From the IMG/VR virus record IMGVR_UViG_3300042257_000126, positions 9,570 through 73,569 of that record: a stretch of DNA of 64,000 bases; one strand, given 5' to 3'. Origin of the DNA: a virus. Taxonomy: Duplodnaviria > Caudoviricetes. Positions 29,732 to 39,967 of the stretch are shown piece after piece (positions within the stretch are counted from its first letter, which is position 1; each line of letters starts with the position of its first letter). The translations under genes and the position numbers were made by a program. The notes beneath the pieces are model-generated. The model searched no databases, was not told the DNA's origin, and saw only the letters and a program-made list of their open reading frames with translations.

Positions 29732-29766
29732 AAAAAAAGCCCCGTTACAAGAACGAGGCTAAAAAA
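29732..29766 (-). terminator. intrinsic terminator
   Basis: AGCCTCGT/ACGGGGCT hairpin plus T7 on the minus strand. Confidence 0.7.
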
Positions 29767-29812
29767 CCAAATGAATATGAAAAAATCTCCCACTACAAAT
29801 ATACAAAACAAA

Positions 29813-30172
29813 TCACAAACCGTCTTGATTCAACATAAATCCTTTTTTCTTGTCAAAATGAAGAACGTTATTATCATACACGTAACCAACACCATCAAAC
29901 GCGGCTCTACAAGCATCATTTTCATACAAAATATTAATATTGGGATAATAAACATAAACAATAACAAATTCATCTGTCATCCAAACAATAGGTTTAAAAT
30001 TTTTTATTGTTTTTGTATTCGTACAAACCCAAACAATCAAACCGCCTTTCGCATGTGGATATTCCAGAACCTTATCAAAATGCAATTTCCTTTTTGTCAA
30101 AAAATCAATGACTTTGTGCGTTGCTGTTGTCCTTTGGGGAATCATAAGACGATTGTCATTAATGTTATTCAT
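29813..30172 (-). CDS. moron-like hypothetical protein
   Basis: AT-rich ORF with its own TATATTTG box (30191-30198) and terminator. Confidence 0.6.
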   Translation of the reverse strand: MNNINDNRLMIPQRTTATHKVIDFLTKRKLHFDKVLEYPHAKGGLIVWVCTNTKTIKNFKPIVWMTDEFVIVYVYYPNINILYENDACRAAFDGVGYVYDNNVLHFDKKKGFMLNQDGL

Positions 30173-30256
30173 AATATTTTGTTTACATGACAAATATACA
30201 AAACAAATCCTCATCAACAAAACATTTTACAAATTATCAGCAAAATACTTTACAGA

Positions 30257-33200
30257 TTACCTGTTAACAGTAAATCCTGCCGTTGCTAATCGTAACTGAA
30301 ACTCAGTCGTTCCATCATCTTCAAACGTAATCTCAAAGTAACGACCCGTCATATCCACGCCTGAATGTATCAAACTTAAATCTTCTACGCCACCTGCCCT
30401 TAAAATATTGCTATACACAGCCGACGTGTAACCACCTTCTCTCAATCTAAACGATTCAGGGTACAACACAGTTTTTTGCCCTACCGTTCTTGTACTTGTA
30501 ACAGGCGAAGTAATTATAACGTTTGCCGCCCTGTTTGAATCCGTTTGAAGCGATCTGAGGCACTTTTCTTCGTTGGGGTAGGTATTTAATAGTCCAGTTA
30601 CAGAAAGTGGCTTAGAATCGCCAAAAAACACATTGTACGTCGTTCCTGACTCAAACTTCCATACATAACCAGATTTAAGCCCTATCGTCAGCGTATCCAA
30701 GTTGCCGTAACAATCAACAATGTTTCCAGATGAATCCGTGTAGTCCCTGCGTTCAGTCCAAACATTTGCACCTTCTTTAAAAACCCACGATTCAGCAGTC
30801 CCTCTTATATCAAATGTAATAACAAACTCATCGTTTTTTAAATCATAGTGCCCCAACACAACAACGCTTCTGCTATCAACGGATAACGCATCGTCAATGT
30901 CTCTTTTTATACGCAGAAACTCAGATTTCATGTTGTAATCAGAAATAGGTATCTGTCCGTTAGGAGATGAACGTATCACCTGACCCCTGTCGTTATCCCA
31001 ATAGTACAAATCACGATTGTTCTTTACGACACTCAACGGAAACCGTGTGCCATATTCTGTTTGCATAGGATAAACAGTACCGATAAACTCATTGGTGTTC
31101 ACAAGGCTCAACGTGCCGTCTGCATTGCTTATCTGCTGCTTGCCTATGTACATGGACGTTTCCTTGTTGTCCTGAATCACTTTCAACACATCACCAACCA
31201 ACTTAATACGCTGTATCTGTCCGTCTTTTTCATCTAACTGTTTTCTGTTGACAGCCGAAAAGAAAGATATTCCGTTTATTTTTGTGTTGTCTAAATAAGG
31301 TTCACTCCACACGAAATCCTGTAAGTTAACCTGACCTTGTGTGTCGAACTCTACAAGCACACGACCCCTGCTCCACGCACGAATACCGTCGTCAACATTT
31401 ATATAGAAATCTTCTACGGCCTCAGTGGTAGTTACTTTCTTCGGTTCCGTTTCAGAACCATTAAAATATTCAAACTTCCTTTCAACAAACCACGCATCAC
31501 CCTCTCCTACATATCCGGTTGTCGTATTAAACCCTGTTGCCGAAGTATCGTAGGTTGTGAAATCTTCGTAGTAGATTAGATTTTCAACTTCTGACTTCGG
31601 TCTGTATATGTACGCCACAGAATCAAGGTAATCAGCAACGGCTTCTTCGCCTTTTGGAAGTATCAACCAAAACCCTGAGTATTCTGTTCCACTTACATCA
31701 ATCAATGTACGTGTTCCAATTATAGTTTTTACTATCGTAGTTATTTCTGAACCCGAATCTTTTTCAAGTTGAACGTAATCTCCTTTGGCAAACTCATAGC
31801 TCAGATTCTCAGGAAGCCGAATGGCTATCACTTGTTTGCCGTCAATAAACACATCATCAAACGCGTTTTCACCTGCTGTGTTCCCCGTAACAAACGGATA
31901 CACACCTGCAAAGTTCACCGACTCTGTAACAGCAAACCTGAACCTCGTAGCCCAACTTGGTACGGTCGGACTGTTCAGCGTGAATTTTATCCTTGCTCTT
32001 TTATTTCTGTCTGCGTAATCTCTTTCACCGTTGGACGGAATGTAAATACGCTGTGGACTTAACACGCCCGATGTTCGGCTTCTTTCATCATAAAACACAC
32101 CGCCTACGTTATAATAGCTTCCAGACTTATATGTGGCAACCCCTTCTGGCACTGTTTCAACAGTAAACTGAGAACCACGTGTTCCTGCTCTTGTTTTATA
32201 AGACCCATCGGTCACTCCGGGTGCATCTCCACCAGAAGCACTATAACACCCAACAACTGCTAACGTAATATCATATCCACCATAGTCAGCAACTCCTTGT
32301 ATCAAATAATCCGTACCATACAAGGCCGTGGCAGTTTCAAGGTCTGTTGATATAAATTCTGCATTATTATTTATGTCATTAATAATTGCGTTCTTAATAT
32401 CAATTTGTGTATCACCATCCGCAACAATATAAGAAAAAGAATATCCGAGCATGAAATTATAACGCAATGAACTCCAGTATTGCTCATAAGACCGAGACAA
32501 ACCAACATTAATCACAGTTCCAACAACCGGCACATCAGGAACATTAAAAGAAACATAAAACATATTCATTCCCGCATCAACCCCATACGTTGAATCCAAA
32601 TCAGAAGAATTTCCACTAACATAAACATCAGCATACTCCACCTCAACAGAAAAATTAAAATCTGTCTTATCGTACCCTTTTGTTACATTTGCCAATCCTA
32701 TCCTATTCTGAACAGCAACAACGGTCTTTGCTTTCAACGGCACATCGCTGTACAACGCCAACGCTTTATCTATCGGTATAAACTCTCTGGCTCTATCATT
32801 GTAAAACGAAATAGTCCTGCTTGTTTCGGTAGATGCTTTGTCGTACTCATCAACTTTAAACCAACTTCCCGTGTTACCCTCTCTTGCCAATAAAACAACA
32901 GACTGAACATCTGTACCACCTAAACCATAGGACACAGACAAATAATTACCAATGTAGTTGTCTTCATAGGTATTATCTTCTGCTGAAAACACGGACGTAC
33001 TCACCGCTACCTTGCTGTAAGGCGACAGAACAGAGTACGTGTAATCATTATAAACAAAATAGGTAGCAAACTGAAAGGTCTTTCCTATTAATTTGTTTAT
33101 TTTTCTCGAAGAATCACTTCCTACAACGAACTCAGGTGCATCAACGGGGTGCTTGCGTGCTAATTGAATAGAATCAGATGTTACAGACGACAACGAGCCA

Positions 33201-33646
33201 GATCCTACACGGGAACTGCCGTTTCCAACACGAATTTTGCGTGGTGGATTTAAACCATCCGTAAACACACACCAATCACCCATAAAAGCAGCATCAACTA
33301 AATATTCAGGATTGAAATTAAGAACACCGCTCTGAACACCTAAATTAATAACGCTATTTCCGGTAAACAAATAAATACCGTCGTTGCCATTGGAATTATA
33401 GTTAAACAACACGCCGATTTCTCGTTCCTTATCTTCTGCATATCCTACAAAAATATTAGTTCCAGAAGGTAGATTTGCATTCACGGAAACCATGCTCGGT
33501 ATCGACACATTAACACCAACACGCCCCCCATCAGCCGAATGTACCCTGCAATTCTGCCTGCTCAAAACCTCTCCCCTTGCCGTGTCTATCAACAATGGGT
33601 GTACGTCCTTATTTATCCCGCCGTTCATCGGCATTAATGCTTTCAT
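30257..33646 (-). CDS. tail stabilisation/nozzle protein (crAss-like muzzle; P22 gp10-like)
   Basis: GGINKD, FTDGLNPPRKI, NRIGLANVTKGYD, YYWDNDRG; size and synteny fit. Confidence 0.8.
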   Translation of the reverse strand: MKALMPMNGGINKDVHPLLIDTARGEVLSRQNCRVHSADGGRVGVNVSIPSMVSVNANLPSGTNIFVGYAEDKEREIGVLFNYNSNGNDGIYLFTGNSVINLGVQSGVLNFNPEYLVDAAFMGDWCVFTDGLNPPRKIRVGNGSSRVGSGSLSSVTSDSIQLARKHPVDAPEFVVGSDSSRKINKLIGKTFQFATYFVYNDYTYSVLSPYSKVAVSTSVFSAEDNTYEDNYIGNYLSVSYGLGGTDVQSVVLLAREGNTGSWFKVDEYDKASTETSRTISFYNDRAREFIPIDKALALYSDVPLKAKTVVAVQNRIGLANVTKGYDKTDFNFSVEVEYADVYVSGNSSDLDSTYGVDAGMNMFYVSFNVPDVPVVGTVINVGLSRSYEQYWSSLRYNFMLGYSFSYIVADGDTQIDIKNAIINDINNNAEFISTDLETATALYGTDYLIQGVADYGGYDITLAVVGCYSASGGDAPGVTDGSYKTRAGTRGSQFTVETVPEGVATYKSGSYYNVGGVFYDERSRTSGVLSPQRIYIPSNGERDYADRNKRARIKFTLNSPTVPSWATRFRFAVTESVNFAGVYPFVTGNTAGENAFDDVFIDGKQVIAIRLPENLSYEFAKGDYVQLEKDSGSEITTIVKTIIGTRTLIDVSGTEYSGFWLILPKGEEAVADYLDSVAYIYRPKSEVENLIYYEDFTTYDTSATGFNTTTGYVGEGDAWFVERKFEYFNGSETEPKKVTTTEAVEDFYINVDDGIRAWSRGRVLVEFDTQGQVNLQDFVWSEPYLDNTKINGISFFSAVNRKQLDEKDGQIQRIKLVGDVLKVIQDNKETSMYIGKQQISNADGTLSLVNTNEFIGTVYPMQTEYGTRFPLSVVKNNRDLYYWDNDRGQVIRSSPNGQIPISDYNMKSEFLRIKRDIDDALSVDSRSVVVLGHYDLKNDEFVITFDIRGTAESWVFKEGANVWTERRDYTDSSGNIVDCYGNLDTLTIGLKSGYVWKFESGTTYNVFFGDSKPLSVTGLLNTYPNEEKCLRSLQTDSNRAANVIITSPVTSTRTVGQKTVLYPESFRLREGGYTSAVYSNILRAGGVEDLSLIHSGVDMTGRYFEITFEDDGTTEFQLRLATAGFTVNR

Positions 33647-34383
33647 AATCTCCTTACATTTTGAGATGAAGTTTCCATTATCATATCCGCTAATTCATCC
33701 AACGACGGTAAATTCAGCGCATCGTACATATTCACCTCTTCCCTGTAATTTTCTTTCTTATCTGCTATGTAGAAACGACTATATTTGTCGGGTCTTGATT
33801 CCACCAATTTATATTCAATATACGAAATCAAAAGGTTAGCGGCTTCGTTTGGAATATAGGTCGTATCCAAATCGTCAACACCCGTCGAAACATATCTAAC
33901 CAAAACCTCACTTCTGTCAGCAAATCTCGTCCGGTCAACAGCTAACCTGCCTAAAACTATCCTACGTTTATTTGGCTCGTCTTTATAATAATACTCAACA
34001 TTTGACCCTTTAGTCCCATACCCGTCTGTCGGTGTGCGTTCAAGTGAATCATCTTCTTCCCTGTCAGTATCAAACACCGCATCTATCGGACTTGATATGG
34101 GTGAAATCATCTTATCAGACCGCGTGAAAGTAAACAACTCTTTATTTACAGATACACCAACGGTAATAACCCTCATTACATCTTCTGGATAATTTACAGT
34201 GTTTATAGCAGTTATTGGCAGCCACGCTTCCTTTACGCACCCGGCTTCGTGAAACAGTTTAAAAGTCCTGAACCCTCTAAGAAAGTACATCGCTGCCTCG
34301 TTATAATACTTGCGTTCAAAATCCTGAACACCCGCAAGCGATTCATCTATTATCTGATTTGCTGTATAAAACCCTTTCATCAC
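33643..34383 (-). CDS. tail ring/adaptor protein
   Basis: INTVNYPED motif; lies between the capsid and nozzle genes. Confidence 0.65.
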   Translation of the reverse strand: MMKGFYTANQIIDESLAGVQDFERKYYNEAAMYFLRGFRTFKLFHEAGCVKEAWLPITAINTVNYPEDVMRVITVGVSVNKELFTFTRSDKMISPISSPIDAVFDTDREEDDSLERTPTDGYGTKGSNVEYYYKDEPNKRRIVLGRLAVDRTRFADRSEVLVRYVSTGVDDLDTTYIPNEAANLLISYIEYKLVESRPDKYSRFYIADKKENYREEVNMYDALNLPSLDELADMIMETSSQNVRRL

Positions 34384-34997
34384 TGATTATTGTTAGTTTT
34401 ATCTTGGTACACGCCTGCCATCCAAGCTAATGTCAATTCCATTATCCCGTCAATCCTACCGCCGGGTACTCTGATTTCTTCATCATCGTCATACGCTGAA
34501 AACGCCCTGACAATTCCATAATCAACAGTTCTTACGTCAGTAAACGGACTGTTGCCTATTTCTTCAAATATTATCTGTATGTTATCTGAAATGTTTCCTA
34601 ATCTCCAATAGGTTTCGTTTATTACTTTGCCAACAGGGAGGTTTCTGAAAAACGCGACACTTGGCCTGCGTGCCTGTGAAAACGGCTTGCCACCACCCGA
34701 AGGCTGAACGTACCACACCCCTCTACCTTCACCAACGGGAACAACAGCATCGGACACACCAACGTATCTGTACCCGCTGGACTTATACACAGGTTGATTG
34801 TAATAGTGCTTAACAAAGTATTGTTCTACTTGCAATTTGCCATCTTCATTCATTGGCATCTGTCCCAACAAAGTGTCAAACGCATACCCAACACCCTGTT
34901 CAACCCGTTTGAAGTGTACGGTCTTTTGGTTGTCTGCTACTGCTTCACTTTTTAATATGGCAGTACGAACAAATTCAACTAATGCTTTTTTATTCAT
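34380..34997 (-). CDS. tail ring/adaptor protein
   Basis: Synteny and coupled ORF. Confidence 0.6.
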   Translation of the reverse strand: MNKKALVEFVRTAILKSEAVADNQKTVHFKRVEQGVGYAFDTLLGQMPMNEDGKLQVEQYFVKHYYNQPVYKSSGYRYVGVSDAVVPVGEGRGVWYVQPSGGGKPFSQARRPSVAFFRNLPVGKVINETYWRLGNISDNIQIIFEEIGNSPFTDVRTVDYGIVRAFSAYDDDEEIRVPGGRIDGIMELTLAWMAGVYQDKTNNNQ

Positions 34998-35673
34998 TGC
35001 TTACCCTTTCCCCTAAAGCTACAACATCCTGCCGTTCTATATTTGTTCCTGCGTCCCTTAAAATACGATACGCGATCTCCACAAGCTGTTCATCGTACCA
35101 CTCAGGCGTAGAACTGTTCACCGAATCAAATTCTTCTAACAACGTTGTTGAGTTCGTTGTGGTTTGTATAACAGCGTCGTCCGGTTGCTTGTAATACGTT
35201 ATGCTGATTGAAGTAATAGTACTTGGGTAAATAGCTATTGAATTTGCCCCTGTCCACACAAACGCCGGATCATCAGTAGTTGGTGCAACAACAGCACTTC
35301 CAATCCTGTCTGCCAGTTCATCAGGTTCTAATTCATCAAACCCCCTACCCGTTACTGTTGTAGGATTGATAGCAACCAAATATCCCAATGTTTCATCCAA
35401 ATTTGTAAAACTGAACGCACCACCTGTTATTGTTTTTGTTTCCCTTCGAAGAAACGGTCTTAGTTCCTGTGAAATCTTTCTGGACACGCCAACACCCCTG
35501 CGTGCTATCGGTGCATTTAACTGATATTCGTTTGGAAGTCCTAACTTCTCTGCAAACAGCATGTGACTGTTAGCATTAAACAACGACTGAAACTCTGCTG
35601 CCGTGAAAGCACGACCGTTCAAGTCCTTGTTTAAAACCGTGTTGACTATATTGATTACATCACCGTATGTCAT
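34990..35673 (-). CDS. tail tubular/ring protein
   Basis: LNKDLNG...TAAEF and YYKQP motifs as in crAss-like ring proteins. Confidence 0.7.
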   Translation of the reverse strand: MTYGDVINIVNTVLNKDLNGRAFTAAEFQSLFNANSHMLFAEKLGLPNEYQLNAPIARRGVGVSRKISQELRPFLRRETKTITGGAFSFTNLDETLGYLVAINPTTVTGRGFDELEPDELADRIGSAVVAPTTDDPAFVWTGANSIAIYPSTITSISITYYKQPDDAVIQTTTNSTTLLEEFDSVNSSTPEWYDEQLVEIAYRILRDAGTNIERQDVVALGERVSNE

Positions 35674-35718
35674 CGTATCTTATTTTAACACAAAGATACG
35701 CATGAAAGGGTACAACAC

Positions 35719-35749
35719 AAAAAAAGCCCCACTCCAACGAGCAGGGCTT
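35719..35749 (-). terminator. intrinsic terminator
   Basis: AAGCCC/GGGCTT hairpin plus a T tract on the minus strand. Confidence 0.6.
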
Positions 35750-35768
35750 GCACTACGAGAAGAAACTA

Positions 35769-36803
35769 CTATGCAGACTTGGGCTGATATTCCAATTCCA
35801 TATATTCACACAATTTTTTCAATAAATCTTCTTTCTTGTCGCTGTTCGTGGTTGTCAACCCCCTGTCGTTTGCCATTCGCATTAACGTCGGTCGATCTAA
35901 CTCACGTAAGTCGTCAAGATTATAACTTTCATCTTCACCCATAGCTGCAAACAATCGACTCTTAATGTTAGAGTTGTTAATCACCTCCTGAATGAACACT
36001 TCGTTTCTGTCCTCAATTTCATCTGACTTGAATCCCATCAGCTTCTCAGCATATTCACGTCCTTCTTTCAACCACATGGCTCTGTCTTTATAGCCAACAA
36101 TGCCATCCTGAATAGCCCTGCGTGCAACAAACGCTGCCTTGCGCTTTTGGTTACCTTCTGTCAGTTCTTCAAATTTCTCAAAGTTAATAAACCTGTCTTT
36201 TCGTTTCTGTCCGTCAAGGATAGTATTATACAGGTCTAAACGCACTTCATCAATACTACGACGCTCTACGTCCTTAACACCAAAAATCTCTGCTGCCTGT
36301 TTGATGAGTGTTTTGTCTTTGGCAATGGGTGATGTTTTACCCATGATCATGTACTTAATGTCAGCATCACTTGACATTACCTCAATTTGTTTCTTGGCTT
36401 CTTCTTCCAAGTTCTCAATCACAATACGTCCTGAACGAACTGCGGATGCCTTGTATTCCAAGAACCACACAAACTCAATGTCCTTTTCAGTATAGAACGT
36501 TTTCCACGTCACAAACCTGTGGTGGTCGTCGTATTCACGCTGACCGTTCTTAATTCGTGGTCTGCTTTTTGAATACCGCCACACACCGTCAGGGCTTGTT
36601 AGCTCAATCGGGAACTTCTTCAAAACACCAAATGTTCTGAAATCTCCTTCCGGTCGTCCCTTCGGATAAATGAGTGTTACTTTTCCTAATGTGTTTGGTG
36701 AGAAATACTTGGCCTGAATTTTTTCCATCTCCTTCTTGACCTGCATGTCAATGTCAGATCGCCCATGTTTCCAATTAACTTCTTCGTCTAAATAGAAAAT
36801 CAT
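35769..36803 (-). CDS. hypothetical protein with C-terminal Rho-N/HeH-like motif
   Basis: LRELDRPTLMRMANDRGL...KKEDLLKKL; downstream of the MCP gene. Confidence 0.65.
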   Translation of the reverse strand: MIFYLDEEVNWKHGRSDIDMQVKKEMEKIQAKYFSPNTLGKVTLIYPKGRPEGDFRTFGVLKKFPIELTSPDGVWRYSKSRPRIKNGQREYDDHHRFVTWKTFYTEKDIEFVWFLEYKASAVRSGRIVIENLEEEAKKQIEVMSSDADIKYMIMGKTSPIAKDKTLIKQAAEIFGVKDVERRSIDEVRLDLYNTILDGQKRKDRFINFEKFEELTEGNQKRKAAFVARRAIQDGIVGYKDRAMWLKEGREYAEKLMGFKSDEIEDRNEVFIQEVINNSNIKSRLFAAMGEDESYNLDDLRELDRPTLMRMANDRGLTTTNSDKKEDLLKKLCEYMELEYQPKSA

Positions 36804-36828
36804 ATCTGCATATTTTAGTTTCTTCTAC

Positions 36829-36860
36829 AAAAAAATGGAAGGGGGACTAAGCCCCCTATC
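36829..36860 (-). terminator. terminator after the capsid operon
   Basis: AGGGGG/CCCCCT hairpin plus a T tract on the minus strand. Confidence 0.65.
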
Positions 36861-37367
36861 CTATTTCACAAGTTTAATCTCTAATTCCTTCAATAGTGAG
36901 TTCTGCGTGCTGTCTGTTTCAGCTTCTACATAAAATCTGTAAAAGCGATACGGCTGAACAGTTGTGGAATTCACGTACAGAGAAGTATCTGCGCCTGTAA
37001 TACTCGTTACCGAGGCAGTATCAATTCCTGTCCATGAATCATCCCAGAACGTCTTGCCTTGCAAGATAGCACTAAACGCGGCTTCACCACTTACTGTATC
37101 TACTTTAAAACGCGTGTACACAGCTAATTTGTCATACAAATTGTCAATGGCAAAGGTGTACGCAAAAGTAGAATCAGCTACGCTGGATAACGTATCGGCA
37201 GAAGAAAAATACTTATGCCAATAGGTTACAGGTGTTGCAAGCAAATTACCTTTCACATCCAGAACAACATCAACGTCGTTCTTGTGATTGGTAATGTTGT
37301 CAATAGTCTGTCCGTAGCTAATAACTGCGAACAGCAACGATGTCAATATGAAAGCTATTCTTTTCAT
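36861..37367 (-). CDS. signal-peptide protein coupled to the major capsid gene
   Basis: MKRIAFILTSLLFAVISYG/Q; TAATG overlap with the MCP stop codon. Confidence 0.75.
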   Translation of the reverse strand: MKRIAFILTSLLFAVISYGQTIDNITNHKNDVDVVLDVKGNLLATPVTYWHKYFSSADTLSSVADSTFAYTFAIDNLYDKLAVYTRFKVDTVSGEAAFSAILQGKTFWDDSWTGIDTASVTSITGADTSLYVNSTTVQPYRFYRFYVEAETDSTQNSLLKELEIKLVK

Positions 37368-38794
37368 TATGCACCTCCTCCTTCTGTTGCGTCTTTCTCA
37401 ACAAGAATTGCTTTGTGCAGGTGAGTGAAGATAGGCATAACGTGTGCAAGTGTGTAGAATTTAACACCATCGTATCCGTTAGCCACAACATCTCCCATGC
37501 CAGCAAATCCATTCATACCCGGCTCAATTTTGAAGATACGTTTGCGATCTTCGCCGTTATTCTGAGGATAACCCAACGTCAGGTGAGGCAAGCGGAAGTT
37601 TTCTTTCATGCCAGCACCTTCAAGGGTTGCTTTGTATTCTCCCTGTGGCAGCAAGAAGCCCATATCACGATAGCCGTAAGAATCCAAACCGAATTTGTTC
37701 GGGTTAGAGAAAGACGACAGTTCGTTAATGTAGAACTTCACACCGTTAATCAGAACCTCACGCACATTGAATCCAACGCTGTTCAACTCCATGTAGAAGT
37801 TATGTCCGGCAGACGTGGCTTTCAACCAGTCAATCATTGACGTTTCAATAGAAGCGTTCAGGTTTGTTCCAACGAAGAAGTCAACGTTTTTGTTAACAAT
37901 ACCTACGTTTTCCAACAACACTTTAACCGCCCTGAATTTCTCAATGTCATACGCGGTTGTCCAAGTTTGTTCCTGTGACAACGCTTTCATTGTTTTAACC
38001 AAACCGTCTGCTGACGGAATAGCTGCTGTGTTACCGGAGACAGAAGTAGCGGTCAGGTTTGATGTGTTCCCGTTGGCAACACCTGTTAACAGAAATGAAT
38101 CAATCTGGTCGTCAAGACGGAAGTCCATTTCACCAAGTGAACGTGTCCAGATACCTTTTTTACCGTTAGACAGCTCAACTTCTTCCCAGCTTTCCTGAAA
38201 TACAACACCGCCTTCAACACCTGCTGTATCTTTCAAGATACGAGTGTTGGTTGTACGGCTGTACATTCCAGAAGCCATCGGTTCGGGTTGGTTGGTTCCA
38301 TATCCCCAAGACGAAGCACCCAAGAAGCAAATAACATCTGACAACGCAGTTGTAATCTGAACGTCATCTTCATACGGTGTTCCAGTCCAAGTTGATTCGG
38401 AAACGGTCAAACGCAACGGAACGTCATAATCTTTGTTGGTGTATGCTTTTGGCACAATCAGGTCAAACCCTGCACGTACATAGTCGTCTGAGTCATCTGC
38501 TGCCGAAAAGGTTACGGTTACACCAGCCGAAGCATCAGCCGATGTGCCAATAGAGCAGGTTACCGGACGTGTCGGTGCGCCTTGTTCAAAAATGGTGATA
38601 GTATTACTCTTAACCGGCATCACCTGTCCCGCCATGTTAAGGAAGTTAGTCACAGACAAGCCTTCGCCGTATCTCTGAATTATTTTACCGAGTGTCTGTG
38701 GCTTTAACTCAAGGTCATAAAGCGACCTAAACGTTGAATCATACCACGATTGGGTTAAGGTAGATTCCCTGTAATTACTGTTTACTAAAGCCAT
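37367..38794 (-). CDS. major capsid protein
   Basis: 475 aa, after portal and scaffold; ADGLVK motif; crAss-like size and synteny. Confidence 0.8.
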   Translation of the reverse strand: MALVNSNYRESTLTQSWYDSTFRSLYDLELKPQTLGKIIQRYGEGLSVTNFLNMAGQVMPVKSNTITIFEQGAPTRPVTCSIGTSADASAGVTVTFSAADDSDDYVRAGFDLIVPKAYTNKDYDVPLRLTVSESTWTGTPYEDDVQITTALSDVICFLGASSWGYGTNQPEPMASGMYSRTTNTRILKDTAGVEGGVVFQESWEEVELSNGKKGIWTRSLGEMDFRLDDQIDSFLLTGVANGNTSNLTATSVSGNTAAIPSADGLVKTMKALSQEQTWTTAYDIEKFRAVKVLLENVGIVNKNVDFFVGTNLNASIETSMIDWLKATSAGHNFYMELNSVGFNVREVLINGVKFYINELSSFSNPNKFGLDSYGYRDMGFLLPQGEYKATLEGAGMKENFRLPHLTLGYPQNNGEDRKRIFKIEPGMNGFAGMGDVVANGYDGVKFYTLAHVMPIFTHLHKAILVEKDATEGGGA

Positions 38795-38814
38795 GATTTA
38801 TCTTTTTAATTTCG

Positions 38815-39906
38815 TTACCACGCGTTCAAAATCTGCGTATCCCTGTCAACGGACTTATTTGTCGGTTTGGTAGCATTACTCAACGGACGGTCATTGTGGA
38901 TTTCAGCACGAAGTTCTGATTTTATTTTTTCCCTTAAATCAGATTCAATCGACTTAACCACCTTGTCCATGTTACGCTCCAATATTCGGCTTCTTGCGTT
39001 ACCAACGGCGTTTGCAAGTGCTTCTTCACTTGGCTTAACACCGCTTACTAACAACTCTGCCATGATTTCCTGCTCCAATCCTTCACGCATAGACTGGTCA
39101 ACCACAAAGTCAATACCTTCTGCAATCTCAATTTTGTCTAATCCTTCAATCGCTGCTTGCAATGGCTTTGACCACGATTCCTTCAACTGTCCTCGTGTGG
39201 CTTCCCAGTCTGTCTGTTCAGGAATAGTTATTCCATCATACATTTTCGACAAACGACTTTTAGCCTCGTTAACCGAAATCTTCATCTTGGCTTTCGTGCT
39301 AATATCAAGTTCCTCGCCTTCTTCGATACCGTACTCGCTGTTAACATAGGCTTGGGCTTCTTCCCGTGTAAGACCACTGTTAACCACAAGGTCGGTAATC
39401 AACGCGGAGGCTCCATCCAGTTTCTTTACCTTTTCAGGGGTCAACGAAGACAAAGCATCAATAGCCTCGCTACTTAACTTATCTTTGTTGTTTTTCAAAA
39501 ACTGCTGGCGAATGTACTCATCTTCGTTTACAAAGTATGATAGGGGGTTAACACCTTCTGCTATCTTTTTATACTCTGACAACTTCTGATTGAGTTCTTC
39601 ACTTGACGTCTTTAATCCGTCGTATTGGTCAGCTTTCTCAATGAACGCTTTTATTTCTTCTTCACTTTTAAACTCTTTGCCAGACCACTGACTGAACATC
39701 GAAACAGGGTCTGGTTTGTCAACCGGATTTTCAACCTTTGGTTCTTCTTTCGTTTCTGCCTTCGGTTCGGTTGGCTTTACCGTTTCTTTCTCAACTTGTG
39801 TTTCTTTTGGCAATTCGGAATTAGATTCCTTTGCCGTACCTTCAAGCACTTGTCCCATTAATTGTGCTTTTTCCTCTGCTGATACTTCTCTGCCTACTTC
39901 TGCCAT
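38815..39906 (-). CDS. putative scaffolding protein
   Basis: Acidic, disordered N-terminus followed by helical segments; between portal and MCP. Confidence 0.65.
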   Translation of the reverse strand: MAEVGREVSAEEKAQLMGQVLEGTAKESNSELPKETQVEKETVKPTEPKAETKEEPKVENPVDKPDPVSMFSQWSGKEFKSEEEIKAFIEKADQYDGLKTSSEELNQKLSEYKKIAEGVNPLSYFVNEDEYIRQQFLKNNKDKLSSEAIDALSSLTPEKVKKLDGASALITDLVVNSGLTREEAQAYVNSEYGIEEGEELDISTKAKMKISVNEAKSRLSKMYDGITIPEQTDWEATRGQLKESWSKPLQAAIEGLDKIEIAEGIDFVVDQSMREGLEQEIMAELLVSGVKPSEEALANAVGNARSRILERNMDKVVKSIESDLREKIKSELRAEIHNDRPLSNATKPTNKSVDRDTQILNAW

Positions 39907-39967
39907 TTTGTTTCTTCTTTAATGCGTTACAAAAATATAGTGTTAATTTTTATTCCTTAAAAAAGGC

